NCBI GenBank assembly: GCA_050251875.1
Contig: JBFWMA010000001.1
Span: forward strand, 32,001 to 96,000
Direction of reading: 5' to 3'
Source of the DNA: Deferribacterales bacterium
GTDB lineage: Bacteria; Chrysiogenota; Deferribacteres; Deferribacterales; Geovibrionaceae
DNA length: 64,000 nt
Shown piece by piece: positions 19,374-29,539 of this stretch. Each line of letters begins with the position of its first letter. Within the stretch, counting starts at the first letter, position 1. The position numbers were made by a program, and so were the translations under genes. A model generated the notes under the pieces. It was given only the letters and a program-made list of their open reading frames with translations. It searched no databases and was not told where the DNA came from.

Positions 19374-21296
19374 ATGATCTTTGCAGTATTAACACTACTT
19401 GGACCCCTGGTAGCTTTTCTTATTAACGGTCTTTTCGGAAGACGTTACATAAAGAACGCGGCTCCTGTGGTTGCCATAGCAGGTGTTAGTGTTTCCTTCG
19501 TCTGCGCTCTTATACTGTTCTACCTTGTATCCACACAAGGGTTCAGTGTAGACGGAACACTTTACACCTGGGTTATTGCGGGCTCCTTAGAGGTACCATT
19601 CGGTATACTTGTGGATCCCCTGACATCCATCATGCTTATAGTTGTTACAACGATCTCTCTGATGGTTCACATTTACTCCATCGGATATATGCACGGAGAC
19701 AAAGGATTCTGGAGATTTTTCACATATCTTTCAGTTTTCACACTTTCCATGCTTATACTGGTTCTTGGAAACAACTTCCTTATGCTTTTCGTAGGTTGGG
19801 AACTTGTGGGTCTGTCTTCATACCTGCTGATCGGTTTCTGGTTCTTCAAGAAAAGCGCGGCTGATGCTTGTAAAAAAGCTTTCGTAATGAACAGAATCGG
19901 TGACTTTGGTTTTTACATCGGTCTTCTTCTTGTGATCTTCACATTCAGAAGCCTTAACTACTCCGATGCTTTCAACGCTGAAGCTATTCATCATGTTAAA
20001 GAGACCACTTACACAGTATTTGGTATGAATTTTTCTCTGCTCGACCTTATGACATTCGGGCTGTTCTGCGGAGCGATGGGTAAATCTGCTCAGTTCCCTC
20101 TGCACACATGGCTGCCCGATGCGATGGAAGGTCCTACTCCCGTTTCAGCTCTGATCCACGCGGCTACAATGGTTACAGCCGGTGTTTACATGGTTGCCAG
20201 ATGCAACGCTCTCTTCTCTGAGGCGCACATGACAAGCCAGTTCGTCATCTTCGCGGGTGCTACAACTGCTTTCCTCGGCGCATCAATCGGTCTTACACAG
20301 TACGACCTGAAGAGAATCCTTGCTTACTCAACCGTATCTCAGCTGGGATACATGATCATGGCTACAGGTGTCGGCGCGTATGTCGCAGCTATATTCCACC
20401 TGTTCACACACGCTATGTTCAAAGGTCTTCTGTTCCTCTGCTCCGGTTCTGTAATGCACGCTATGCACGACAACCTGGACGTCAGAGTTATGGGCGGTCT
20501 GAAAAAGAAAATGCCCATTACACATTGGACATACCTGATCGGCTGTATAGCCATCGCCGGTATTCCTCCCCTTGCGGGCTTCTGGTCTAAAGACGAGATC
20601 CTCGCCATGACATACGGCTCCGGACATACCTTCGCTTGGCTCGTTGGTACAGGCGTTGCCGGTATGACAGCTTTCTATATGTTTAGAAGCTACTTCCTTG
20701 TATTCCAGGGAACACCCAGAGATCAGCATCTGCATGATCACGCGCACGAGTCTCCTATCGCAATGACATTCCCTCTGGTTTTCCTTGCGATCTGCTCAGT
20801 GCTCGTGGGTGTTGTTTTCGGCTATCCTCTTGAGGACGGCTTTATACACCACTTCCTCGGACCGGTACTGACTCCCGCTCACGCCCATGCGCATGAGATG
20901 GCTCACTCTACAGCAACAGCCCTTATGGCTCTGTCTATAGCGATAGCCGTTGCGGGTATCAGCGTGGCTTACCTCTTCTATGTGAAGATGTACCCCGTGC
21001 TTCCCGAGAAGACAGTCAAGACATTCAAGCCCGTACACAAACTGCTGCTTAACAAGTGGTACTTTGACGAGCTGTATGACTTCGTGTTTGTTCACCCCAT
21101 CGTAATGCTTTCCAGCGTTGTGTTCTGGAGAGCCATAGACGTAAACATAATCGACTTCACTGTTAACGCCTTCGGACGTGTTCCGATGTGGCTCGGCAGT
21201 GTGGCAAGACATGTCCAGACCGGACGCATACAAACATACATATTCACTATGGTTGTCGGCGTTATCGTGCTGGTAGCATTCTTCTACACAGTGTAA
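19374..21296 (+). CDS. nuoL: NADH-quinone oxidoreductase subunit L
   Basis: GWELVG, KSAQFPLHTWLPDAMEGPTPVSALIHAATMV, GFWSKD. Confidence 0.98.
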   Translation: MIFAVLTLLGPLVAFLINGLFGRRYIKNAAPVVAIAGVSVSFVCALILFYLVSTQGFSVDGTLYTWVIAGSLEVPFGILVDPLTSIMLIVVTTISLMVHIYSIGYMHGDKGFWRFFTYLSVFTLSMLILVLGNNFLMLFVGWELVGLSSYLLIGFWFFKKSAADACKKAFVMNRIGDFGFYIGLLLVIFTFRSLNYSDAFNAEAIHHVKETTYTVFGMNFSLLDLMTFGLFCGAMGKSAQFPLHTWLPDAMEGPTPVSALIHAATMVTAGVYMVARCNALFSEAHMTSQFVIFAGATTAFLGASIGLTQYDLKRILAYSTVSQLGYMIMATGVGAYVAAIFHLFTHAMFKGLLFLCSGSVMHAMHDNLDVRVMGGLKKKMPITHWTYLIGCIAIAGIPPLAGFWSKDEILAMTYGSGHTFAWLVGTGVAGMTAFYMFRSYFLVFQGTPRDQHLHDHAHESPIAMTFPLVFLAICSVLVGVVFGYPLEDGFIHHFLGPVLTPAHAHAHEMAHSTATALMALSIAIAVAGISVAYLFYVKMYPVLPEKTVKTFKPVHKLLLNKWYFDELYDFVFVHPIVMLSSVVFWRAIDVNIIDFTVNAFGRVPMWLGSVARHVQTGRIQTYIFTMVVGVIVLVAFFYTV

Positions 21297-21312
21297 GGGG
21301 GACGGAAATATC

Positions 21313-22809
21313 ATGGAACATATACTCAGTATTCTGATTTTCTTCCCGCTTGCGGCAGCTCTTTTCCTTCTGATTTTCTTCAGAGGCGGCAAGAGCACCA
21401 TGTGGGCAGCTTTCGCAGCGAGTGTGGTTGAGTTTATATTCACCATCCCGCTTATGACTAACTTTGACAAGACAAACGGCGGAATGCAGTTCGTTGAGCA
21501 GACTTGGTGGATCAAATCACTTGGAATACAGTACTACCTCGGTGTAGACGGTATCACCATACTTATGATCTTCCTGACAACACTGCTGACAATGATCGCT
21601 ATTCTGGGTTCATTTACTTACATCCAGAAAAGACAGAAAGAGTTCTACATTGCTATGCTTGTACTTGAGACAGGTATGGTGGGAACATTCCTCGCTATGG
21701 ACTTCTTCCTGTTCTACATCTTCTGGGAAGCAATGCTTATCCCCATGTACCTGATAATCGGTGTCTGGGGTGGTAAGAGAAGAATCTATGCCGCTGTTAA
21801 ATTCTTCCTGTATACACTGGCCGGCTCAGTGCTGATGCTTCTTGCCATCATCGCTCTGTACTATGTACACGGACAGGCCACAGGCGAATTCACATTCGAC
21901 ATACTTAAGATCACATCTCAGTACGCATCCTACAGCAAGGGATTCCAGATGCTTATCTTCGTGGTGCTGTTCATCGGCTTCGCGATCAAAGTACCTATGT
22001 TCCCCGTGCATACATGGCTTCCTGACGCTCACGTTGAGGCGCCTACAGCCGGTTCAGTTATCCTTGCCGGTGTACTGCTGAAAATGGGTACTTACGGTAT
22101 GCTTCGTTTCTGTCTGCCTATGACACCCTATGCGTCCATCACAATGATGCCCTACATCGCTGCTCTGTCAGTAATCGGTATCATTTACGGCGCTCTGGTG
22201 GCTATGGTTCAGAAAGACATCAAAAAACTGGTCGCTTACTCATCTGTTTCACACATGGGTTTTGTGACACTCGGTATATACGCTCTTAACCAGGCCGGTA
22301 TCGAAGGCGGTATCCTGCAGATGTTCAACCACGGTATCATCACAGGCGCGCTCTTCCTTCTGATTGGTCTTATCTATGAGCGGACTCACACAAGAGAGAT
22401 AGCAGACTACGGCGGTATCGCAGCCAGCGTGCCTCTTTATGCCACTATCTTCCTGATCTTCACTATGGGTTCAATCGGACTTCCCTCTATGGGAGCGTTC
22501 ATTGGTGAGTTCCTTGTCCTTGTGGGCGCTTTCGAGGCGTTCTCTGACTGGGCGATCCTCGCTGCTATCGGTGTGATTTTCTCCGCCGTGTACATGCTGT
22601 GGATGTTCCAGAGAGTTCTGTATCAGAGCCTTAACAAAAGATGGGAAAATCTCGCTGACATGAACCTTAGAGAGGTAATCTACATATTCCCTCTGCTGGT
22701 CATCGTGTTCTGGGTTGGTCTCTATCCTGAGACATTTACCTCTTATATCCATGAGAGTGTAAAACAGCTTGTTGAGCATATGGCTACAGCAGCAGTGGCA
22801 ATGAAGTAA
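21313..22809 (+). CDS. nuoM: NADH-quinone oxidoreductase subunit M
   Basis: FYIFWEAMLIPMY, KVPMFPVHTWLPDAHVEAP, AYSSVSHMG. Confidence 0.98.
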   Translation: MEHILSILIFFPLAAALFLLIFFRGGKSTMWAAFAASVVEFIFTIPLMTNFDKTNGGMQFVEQTWWIKSLGIQYYLGVDGITILMIFLTTLLTMIAILGSFTYIQKRQKEFYIAMLVLETGMVGTFLAMDFFLFYIFWEAMLIPMYLIIGVWGGKRRIYAAVKFFLYTLAGSVLMLLAIIALYYVHGQATGEFTFDILKITSQYASYSKGFQMLIFVVLFIGFAIKVPMFPVHTWLPDAHVEAPTAGSVILAGVLLKMGTYGMLRFCLPMTPYASITMMPYIAALSVIGIIYGALVAMVQKDIKKLVAYSSVSHMGFVTLGIYALNQAGIEGGILQMFNHGIITGALFLLIGLIYERTHTREIADYGGIAASVPLYATIFLIFTMGSIGLPSMGAFIGEFLVLVGAFEAFSDWAILAAIGVIFSAVYMLWMFQRVLYQSLNKRWENLADMNLREVIYIFPLLVIVFWVGLYPETFTSYIHESVKQLVEHMATAAVAMK

Positions 22810-22823
22810 GGGGGGAGGCAGAG

Positions 22824-24263
22824 ATGACACCACAAGCTATGATGAACCTCGTATCAATTGCTCCTGAAGTTCTGATGACCGTTTTCGGTCTCATTCTGGT
22901 CGTTCTCGATGTAATGACTAAGGGTGAAAAGAAATCAATGGTCGGATACTTCGGCATTGCTTTCATGATAATCACTGCTCTGATATCTCAGCCCGCTATC
23001 GGCGGAAAATATCTGGGATTCGGCAATATGGTAATGTGGGATACATTCTCATATGTATTCTTCGTAATATTTGCTCTTGCCTACACTCTGACAACACTCG
23101 GCTCTGTCGAGTATCTGAAAGACAAAGGCATACTGAAAGGCGAATTCTACACAATCATGTTCTTCAGCATTATCGGCATGATGTTCATGGTTTCAGCTTT
23201 CGACCTTACAGTATTCTATGTAGGTCTGGAGACAATGGCTATCTCCATGTATGTTCTTGCCGGATTTAACAAAAAGTGCTCCAGATCATCTGAAGCCGGT
23301 GTAAAATACTTCATCATCGGCGCATTCTCTTCTGGTATGCTTCTTTTCGGTATGACATATGTTTACGGCGCTACAGGCTCCATGAACTATCTGGAGATCG
23401 CTGAAGCTCTTAAAAACGGCGCCGCTGAAAACGCGACAGTAAAAATCGGTCTCATCCTGATGCTGGCCGGATTTGCTTTCAAAATCTCAGCAGTTCCTTT
23501 CCACATGTGGGCACCTGATGTTTATCAGGGAGCGCCTACACCCGCGGCCGGTTTCATGACCGTTGCTCCGAAAGCTGCCGCTTTCGCTTCTCTGGTCAGA
23601 TTCGTATGGATAGCGCTTGAGCCCGTTGCAGGACTCTGGGGAACATTCTTCTCCATCCTCGCCGTGCTCACAATGTTCTACGGTAACCTTGTCGCTCTTT
23701 CTCAGACAAACGTTAAGAGAATGCTCGCTTACTCAGCTATCTCTCACGCCGGCTACATGATGATCGGTCTTGTAGCTATGAACAAAGAGGGATATCAGGC
23801 TATAGCTCTGTATTCACTTATATACGCATTCATGAACATCGGAGCATTCACACTGCTCGGCGTTCTGAAAAACAAAGGAATGGTAGAGGACGAAAGACTG
23901 GAGAGCTTCGCTGGGCTTGCTAAAAAGAACCCCATGTATGCTCTCGGCATGCTGATATTCATGTTCTCTCTTGCCGGTATTCCCCCTCTGGCGGGCTTCA
24001 TCGGTAAATACATGATCTTCATGGCCGCTATGAAAGCCGAGCTGTACTGGCTGGCTGTTATCGGCGCCCTGAACAGCGCCCTGGCATGCTACTACTACAT
24101 GAGAGTGACAATATACATGTACTTCAATGAGCCTGAGTATGAAGTGGACGCCACTATCGGACGTTCAGCTTTCATCACCAGCTTCATCGGTGCTGTTGTT
24201 GTTCTCGCTGTCGGTTTCTTCCCCTCTGCTTTTATCAGCTTTGTAAAACATCTGCTGGTATAA
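22824..24263 (+). CDS. nuoN: NADH-quinone oxidoreductase subunit N
   Basis: EAGVKYF, FKISAVPFHMWAPDVYQGAP, KRMLAYSAISHAGY. Confidence 0.98.
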   Translation: MTPQAMMNLVSIAPEVLMTVFGLILVVLDVMTKGEKKSMVGYFGIAFMIITALISQPAIGGKYLGFGNMVMWDTFSYVFFVIFALAYTLTTLGSVEYLKDKGILKGEFYTIMFFSIIGMMFMVSAFDLTVFYVGLETMAISMYVLAGFNKKCSRSSEAGVKYFIIGAFSSGMLLFGMTYVYGATGSMNYLEIAEALKNGAAENATVKIGLILMLAGFAFKISAVPFHMWAPDVYQGAPTPAAGFMTVAPKAAAFASLVRFVWIALEPVAGLWGTFFSILAVLTMFYGNLVALSQTNVKRMLAYSAISHAGYMMIGLVAMNKEGYQAIALYSLIYAFMNIGAFTLLGVLKNKGMVEDERLESFAGLAKKNPMYALGMLIFMFSLAGIPPLAGFIGKYMIFMAAMKAELYWLAVIGALNSALACYYYMRVTIYMYFNEPEYEVDATIGRSAFITSFIGAVVVLAVGFFPSAFISFVKHLLV

Positions 24264-24276
24264 GGAGATAAGCTAA

Positions 24277-24738
24277 ATGGAAGCTACAGTTATTGAGGCA
24301 CTGAAAGAAGCGGCCCAGAAAGAACAGCTTACGCTGGACTTCTATGTGAAACTGCTTGATATAGTCAACGAGCTCAGCTCTAAAGAGATAATCAAAGAGC
24401 TGATCGAGACTAAAAAGAAGTTTAAAAAGGTCATAGAGGACTCAATAGCGTGCGGCTGTCTCTCCGAACTGGGGCGTGACTCAAGCTGTAAGCTCAGAGA
24501 CCTTGGTATTGGAAAAACCGGACATTCAGAAGTTGTCACAAACAGCCTGAATGTTCAGGAACTGCTTCTCATCGCTATACGCCATGAGGACAGCTCCATG
24601 AAATACTATGAGTCTATGGCTGAAAAATTCAAAGGCACAGATGCCGGAGAGGCTTTCACCAGACTGGCTTACGATGTTGCGTGCCACAAAAAAGATATTC
24701 AATATCTCTATGATGATATTGTAAATCTGGAAAATTAA
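24277..24738 (+). CDS. Ferritin/rubrerythrin-like four-helix protein, last gene of the nuo operon
   Basis: Duplicated A...E.....FY/YY helix pattern. It starts 13 bp after nuoN and precedes the operon terminator. Confidence 0.7.
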   Translation: MEATVIEALKEAAQKEQLTLDFYVKLLDIVNELSSKEIIKELIETKKKFKKVIEDSIACGCLSELGRDSSCKLRDLGIGKTGHSEVVTNSLNVQELLLIAIRHEDSSMKYYESMAEKFKGTDAGEAFTRLAYDVACHKKDIQYLYDDIVNLEN

Positions 24739-24746
24739 TAAAAAAT

Positions 24747-24776
24747 AAGCCCGCTCACTGAGCGGGCTTTTTTTTT
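24747..24776 (+). terminator. Intrinsic terminator of the nuo operon
   Basis: aagcccgctc-act-gagcgggctt followed by a T run. Confidence 0.92.
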
Positions 24777-24807
24777 GGGCAAAATTAAAATTGGAAATAG
24801 TTTTGTT

Positions 24808-24888
24808 CCCCTCTTTGCAAAGAGGGGTTAGGGGAGATTTCTTTATTCTTTTAAGAAATCCACCCAGCCCTCCTTTCATAAAGGAGGG
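24808..24888. repeat. Composite palindromic REP-like element (CCCCTTT..AAAGGGG / GGGGATTT type)
   Basis: Palindrome cccctctttg|caaagagggg, an inverted central arm ggggagatttctt..aagaaatccaccc, and a second palindrome ccctccttt-cat-aaaggaggg. Confidence 0.75.
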
Positions 24889-24904
24889 TTTAAGAGTGAC
24901 CATG

Positions 24905-25600
24905 TTACTTACAGGCGGCGGAGAATTTAGCGCTGACGCTGAAAGGAGCGTCTGTTCTGTCCGGCTCGGAAACAGTGAGAGCTGCCGCTTTTACCATACG
25001 GGTTGATTCTCTGAAAACGGGAAATGAGTCAGTAAAATCAAGAGCGATATCCTTAACAGAACAGGGGTGTCCGGAAGCCTTGGAATACTCCTTAACAGTC
25101 TTAAACACCTCTTTAATCGCCCTGGTCTTGAGCTCAGCACGCTTGGCGTCTGACTGAGCCTTGGAAACAACCCACCTGACGGGGGATGACGACATAACAT
25201 ATTTGTCGGATCCGTCTATATGGCTGAAGACAGCATTGTAGATTGATTCGTATTTCTTGATATCCGTAAAGGAACAGGAAAAATCAAGGTCGCCTGAATA
25301 ACCCTCCATAGTCTGCTTACCGTCTTTGTAAGAGTATACTGGAGAGATTCTGTAGCCGTTAAACGTGCACATGGTTTTGTACTGTTTAACGATAGCAGAA
25401 AGCGATTCAAGGGCTCTGGAGACCTCAGCGGCGTCATCATGCTTATAAGAGAGAGACATACCGGATGTCATGGAATCCGGCTGTATGGTGTCGCTCACGG
25501 TCACAGAATCGGTGATAACGATAGGGTCTGTGAGCTTAACACGGGCATGTGCGCTGAAGGCAACAAACATGGACAGCAGTATGGCGGTTTTCTTCATCAA
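24905..25600 (-). CDS. Secreted protein, SIMPL/DUF541-like
   Basis: Signal peptide (AFSAHA). The ISPVYSY..GY.G.L and R.EL..RAI pattern resembles SIMPL domains. Confidence 0.55.
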   Translation of the reverse strand: MMKKTAILLSMFVAFSAHARVKLTDPIVITDSVTVSDTIQPDSMTSGMSLSYKHDDAAEVSRALESLSAIVKQYKTMCTFNGYRISPVYSYKDGKQTMEGYSGDLDFSCSFTDIKKYESIYNAVFSHIDGSDKYVMSSSPVRWVVSKAQSDAKRAELKTRAIKEVFKTVKEYSKASGHPCSVKDIALDFTDSFPVFRESTRMVKAAALTVSEPDRTDAPFSVSAKFSAACK

Positions 25601-26052
25601 TTAACCTCTTTGTAAGTCGTTCCGTCAAATTTATATACCTTGCCGGCTATCGCAATATCGTGATATCCGTTTGTCATGTCCGGCAGGGATTTTATGTCGA
25701 AGTAGGGTATTCTGGGAGTGTCGGGAAGCATGGTATAGCTGTAGTCGTCTTTTATCATGACATACAGCGGGTAAGTCCTGTTGTCGCTGAACAGATAGTG
25801 ATAGGTGCTGGCTATGAAGTCAAGCCTGCCGTCACCGTTCAGATCGGCTTCAAAAATTTTAAAATCATCCGGCTCGGGGCGCAGGTTCTGCGGAGTCATC
25901 ATTACCCGGTCGTGATCCTTTTTAGCGTCCGCCACAACACGCCAGATATAATCTCTGAGATAAAGCTCATGTTCGCTGTAGTGTATGGCTGTGCCGGAAG
26001 CGGCACAGGAGAGCAGCAGCAGAGCGGCAAAAGAAGCAAAAAGAGTTCGCAT
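25597..26052 (-). CDS. Hypothetical lipoprotein with a DxNxDG calcium-binding-like loop
   Basis: Lipobox LLLSC and DLNGDGRLDFI. Confidence 0.6.
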   Translation of the reverse strand: MRTLFASFAALLLLSCAASGTAIHYSEHELYLRDYIWRVVADAKKDHDRVMMTPQNLRPEPDDFKIFEADLNGDGRLDFIASTYHYLFSDNRTYPLYVMIKDDYSYTMLPDTPRIPYFDIKSLPDMTNGYHDIAIAGKVYKFDGTTYKEVN

Positions 26053-26061
26053 AAAAGCCTC

Positions 26062-26586
26062 CTATTCGAGCTTCATGTCCCCGCTTTCCAGTTCTTCAAA
26101 AGCATCGCCGGCACGCTTGTGAGTGAGCTCATGCTTAATTTTTTCTGAGCGCTCAGTCTGATAATCTATGATGGTCTGTTTATCAACACAAGCCTGAACA
26201 TAGGCAATACGCTGCTTTTTAGAATACTCGATATTGGGGAATTTAGTGTTTTTCTGCAAAAAGATTGGTGATTCAGCGTCATTTTTGAACATATACACGA
26301 AGGCTTTTTCCTTCGGATCTTTGAGATTTCGGTAGTTGTCATAAATGACGTTTTCGATGATGGCGGTCAGCTCTTTGTTCATCCTGCCCAGAGCGGATGC
26401 CTTGGCAGCGTCTATGGATTCAAGCCCGCCGTACTGAGCGTCATAAACGCACACAGCGGAGGGCACATTTTTCATATACCAAGAGGGCGCTCCCTCGATC
26501 TTTACGTTTGTCTGCACAAGAACGTATGTTTTGAAGAGATAGGTAGCCAGTGTCTTCACAAGTGCAAGGGCAATGGATTCAATCAT
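26062..26586 (-). CDS. Hypothetical protein (LPP20-like region, GAPSWY)
   Basis: 174-aa ORF with a GAGG SD, co-oriented in the operon. Confidence 0.6.
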   Translation of the reverse strand: MIESIALALVKTLATYLFKTYVLVQTNVKIEGAPSWYMKNVPSAVCVYDAQYGGLESIDAAKASALGRMNKELTAIIENVIYDNYRNLKDPKEKAFVYMFKNDAESPIFLQKNTKFPNIEYSKKQRIAYVQACVDKQTIIDYQTERSEKIKHELTHKRAGDAFEELESGDMKLE

Positions 26587-26642
26587 ATTCGCACCTCAGT
26601 AGATTAATATATAATCATACCACCTGAAAGAGGCGAAATCTG

Positions 26643-27176
26643 TTAACTTTTCACATCCGCCGGGGTTCCGTAGTCCCCGTCCGCCATGCGTTTCTTAATA
26701 TGCTTTTTGACTATGTCTCTTTTATAAGGCGCGAGATGATCTATGAAAAGAACACCGTCAAGGTGATCTATCTCGTGCTGACACGCTCTGGCGAGCAGAC
26801 CGTCAGCCTCCAGCTCAATCTGCTCTCCGGCAGGGTTCAGAGCTCTTAAGACAACGTTGGCATACCTTCTGACCTTTTCATATTCGCCGGGGATGCTGAG
26901 ACATCCCTCATCGCCGAACTGTTCGCCGTCTTTGGCTATTATTTCTGGGTTAATGAGCTGAAGCAGGGTGTCCGGCTCTTCTCCGGCTGTGTAGTCTATG
27001 ACCACTATGCGCTGGTTAACGCCGACCTGCGGAGCGGCAAGCCCCAGTCCTTTCTGCGAATACATGGTTTCGGTCATATTGTTTATAAGCCTGACAACTT
27101 CTTCTGTAATCTCTTCGACAGGCTGGGATTTTTTTCTTAATATGTCATTGGGAAATGTAAGTACGTCTAATATCAT
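26643..27176 (-). CDS. def: Peptide deformylase
   Basis: GLGLAAPQVG, EGCLSIPG, QHEIDHLDG. Confidence 0.98.
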   Translation of the reverse strand: MILDVLTFPNDILRKKSQPVEEITEEVVRLINNMTETMYSQKGLGLAAPQVGVNQRIVVIDYTAGEEPDTLLQLINPEIIAKDGEQFGDEGCLSIPGEYEKVRRYANVVLRALNPAGEQIELEADGLLARACQHEIDHLDGVLFIDHLAPYKRDIVKKHIKKRMADGDYGTPADVKS

Positions 27177-27218
27177 GTTTCCTCCGTGGTGATAATATAA
27201 TGATATGAAGTGATAAAA

Positions 27219-27680
27219 TCAACCCAGATAGTCATCAATAGTATAAACTGTGAAGTAAGAATAGATTGCCTTGCGGAATGATTCTCTGAGCGCTTCGTCT
27301 TTCACTGTGTCCGCCAGTTTGTCGGCGTACTGCTTCTCTTTGTCTGTCATGGTCTTTTTGGTATGATTGACGATATCCACACGCTGGGTTCTTTTTTTAT
27401 AATAGAATGAGAGAGACGACACCGCCAGACCATATCCCTTCATGCGCTCGGTCAGCTCGCCTTTCATAAAATTTAGCTCGGAGAGCCACGTCTGGTCGTG
27501 AACGGCTATGGTTAGCACACCGTCAGAAAATTTTACCACGGAAGTCATAAAGTCTATGCCGTCACCGGCGGCATTTTTCCATGCCTTGGCAATAGCGGCA
27601 TGTTCGAAAATCTTTTGGTCGATTGTGGTTGTCAGAACCTCAGAGAGTCTCTTCATCTGCGTTCTGCTGATCCTGCTCAT
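27219..27680 (-). CDS. DUF721/DciA-family protein (helicase-operating)
   Basis: W..AAG.......T......DGVL.I.V....WLSEL.F.K..L pattern. It overlaps the end of obgE by 41 nt. Confidence 0.7.
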   Translation of the reverse strand: MSRISRTQMKRLSEVLTTTIDQKIFEHAAIAKAWKNAAGDGIDFMTSVVKFSDGVLTIAVHDQTWLSELNFMKGELTERMKGYGLAVSSLSFYYKKRTQRVDIVNHTKKTMTDKEKQYADKLADTVKDEALRESFRKAIYSYFTVYTIDDYLG

Positions 27681-28674
27681 AACTTCTGACTACTTCGTCC
27701 AGATAGTCTGTTATCTCCTTTGTGCCTTCCTGCATCAGAGAAGAGAATTTGAAGCAGGGAACGTCCGGAAGCTCAGCTTTCAGAAATTCTTCAAATTCCG
27801 CCAGGTTCTCTTCGTTAGGATAATCCATTTTAGAGATACCGATAACCTCAGGCTTCTCCGCCACTTCTTCAGAGAACTGGTGAAGCTCTCCTCTCAGAAC
27901 TTTATAACGTTCCACCATGGACTCGTCAGCGGAAGCGTCTATCAGGTGGAGCAGGATTTTAGTGCGCTCGATGTGTTTCAGAAACTGAATTCCGAGTCCT
28001 ATTCCATCGGCGGCACCCTCGATGAGCCCCGGCATATCCGCCAGAACGAACGAATTGCCGTACTGACCTTTAACCACGCCCAGATGGGGTACGAGTGTGG
28101 TGAAAGGATAGTCAGCCACTTTCGGCTTGGCGGCAGAAACTGTCGATATGAAAGTTGATTTCCCGGCGTTGGGAAAACCTATAATGCCTACATCGGCGAG
28201 CAGTTTGAGCTCGAGATAAATCTTTACCTTTTCGCCGTCTGCGCCCGGTTCATGGCGTGTGGGTGCTCTGTGTGTGGGGGACATAAAGTTGGCATTGCCT
28301 CTGCCTCCTTTCCCGCCTTTAGCCACTATTATCTGCTGATCCACTTCGGTCAGATCCGCCAGAACCTCTTCTGTATCAGCGTTCACAACGATAGTCCCGC
28401 AGGGAACCTTGATTATCTGGTCTTTTCCCCTGCGTCCGTGCATGCCTTTTCCTTTTCCGTGGACGCCTCTTTCTGCTCTGTAATGGTACTGCTGGCGTAT
28501 ATCCATCAGGGTATGTTTGGAATCGTCAGCGATCAGAATGATATTGCCGCCGTCTCCGCCGTTTCCGCCGTCCGGTCCGCCTCTGGGCACATATGCTTCT
28601 CTGCGGAAGCTCATGCATCCGTTGCCTCCGGCGCCTGCTGTAGCCATTATTTCGCATGTATCGATAAATTTCAT
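27640..28674 (-). CDS. obgE: GTPase ObgE/CgtA
   Basis: FRRE.YVPRGGPDGGNGG, GFPNAGKST, YPFTTL.P, D.PG.IEGA. Confidence 0.98.
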   Translation of the reverse strand: MKFIDTCEIMATAGAGGNGCMSFRREAYVPRGGPDGGNGGDGGNIILIADDSKHTLMDIRQQYHYRAERGVHGKGKGMHGRRGKDQIIKVPCGTIVVNADTEEVLADLTEVDQQIIVAKGGKGGRGNANFMSPTHRAPTRHEPGADGEKVKIYLELKLLADVGIIGFPNAGKSTFISTVSAAKPKVADYPFTTLVPHLGVVKGQYGNSFVLADMPGLIEGAADGIGLGIQFLKHIERTKILLHLIDASADESMVERYKVLRGELHQFSEEVAEKPEVIGISKMDYPNEENLAEFEEFLKAELPDVPCFKFSSLMQEGTKEITDYLDEVVRSYEQDQQNADEETL

Positions 28675-28730
28675 AAAAGGCTCCCGTAAAAAAGGGTTAA
28701 AACTGATATCATTATATTATATAGGAAAAT

Positions 28731-28764
28731 GAAAAAGAAAAAAGCCCGCTTGAAGGCGGGCTTT
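28731..28764 (-). terminator. Intrinsic terminator after rpmA
   Basis: aaagcccgc-ttgaag-gcgggcttt, with the T run on the minus strand. Confidence 0.85.
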
Positions 28765-28768
28765 AAGA

Positions 28769-29029
28769 TTATGCTCTTTCTGAGAGAATGTTGATGAACT
28801 TGCCCTTGCTTCCTCTGTCAGCGAATTTTACAAATCCGTCTGTCAGTGCGAACAGTGTGTCATCTTTACCAATGCCGACGCCTTGTCCGGGTTTGAACTT
28901 AGTGCCGCGCTGTCTGACGATAATGTTGCCTGCGATAACAGCTTCACCGTCATATTTTTTAACGCCGAGGCGTTTGGAATTGGAATCGCGTCCGTTTCTG
29001 GTTGAACCGCCAGCCTTCTTGTGAGCCAT
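28769..29029 (-). CDS. rpmA: 50S ribosomal protein L27
   Basis: [22 protein letters not shown]. Confidence 0.99.
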   Translation of the reverse strand: MAHKKAGGSTRNGRDSNSKRLGVKKYDGEAVIAGNIIVRQRGTKFKPGQGVGIGKDDTLFALTDGFVKFADRGSKGKFINILSERA

Positions 29030-29040
29030 TGTACGCCTCC

Positions 29041-29355
29041 TTAGCCTACTTTAATATCGCCGATCTTCAGCACAGTCTGGTGTGATCTGTGACCGTATCT
29101 TGATTTGTAGTCTTTACGTCTTCTTCTTTTGAAAACGAGAATTTTGTCATCTTTAATCTGGTCGACAACTTTAGCAGTCACAACAGCTTTAGCAACGAAA
29201 GGTTTGCCGACGCTGAGCTGCCCGTTCTCGCTCACAGCGAGTACGTCACTGATCTGAATATCAGAATCTACTTCGGCGTTGATGCTGTCAACCTTCAGCA
29301 CATCGCCGGGTTTGACAGTGTATTGTTTGCCGCCGCTCTTTATGATTGCGAACAT
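29041..29355 (-). CDS. rplU: 50S ribosomal protein L21
   Basis: [15 protein letters not shown] and FKRRRRKDY...GHR. ATG at 29355 follows GGAGG. Confidence 0.98.
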   Translation of the reverse strand: MFAIIKSGGKQYTVKPGDVLKVDSINAEVDSDIQISDVLAVSENGQLSVGKPFVAKAVVTAKVVDQIKDDKILVFKRRRRKDYKSRYGHRSHQTVLKIGDIKVG

Positions 29356-29396
29356 TTCACATACCTCCAACAGTCCTGTATAAAACAGGGAAGTCA

Positions 29397-29425
29397 GTTA
29401 TACATGGACGCCTATAGTAAGTCAA
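29397..29425 (-). promoter_or_regulatory. Candidate sigma70 promoter for rplU-rpmA
   Basis: TTGACT-17 bp-TATAAC on the minus strand. Confidence 0.6.
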
Positions 29426-29448
29426 GAAAAAAATTCAAGTTTCTTCGG

Positions 29449-29477
29449 TTGACAAACAAGGAGTCCATAGATATAAT
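29449..29477 (+). promoter_or_regulatory. Consensus sigma70 promoter for the rpmH operon
   Basis: Perfect TTGACA-17 bp-TATAAT. Confidence 0.9.
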
Positions 29478-29539
29478 CACAGGCTTACGAAAAAGTATGC
29501 TAATACCGTAGTCTTTTACTATAGAAAGGAGAGTTTCAA

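Noticed and set aside
10303..22833. Long antisense ORFs in the nuo operon (for example 10303-11181, 13129-13791, 20796-21515)
   Set aside because: Shadow frames of strongly codon-biased genes, with no recognisable motifs.
24526..25006. ORFs 24526-24903 (-) and 24791-25006 (+) containing KGGLGGF/PPFIKEG
   Set aside because: These peptides are just translations of the palindromic repeat and they overlap real genes.
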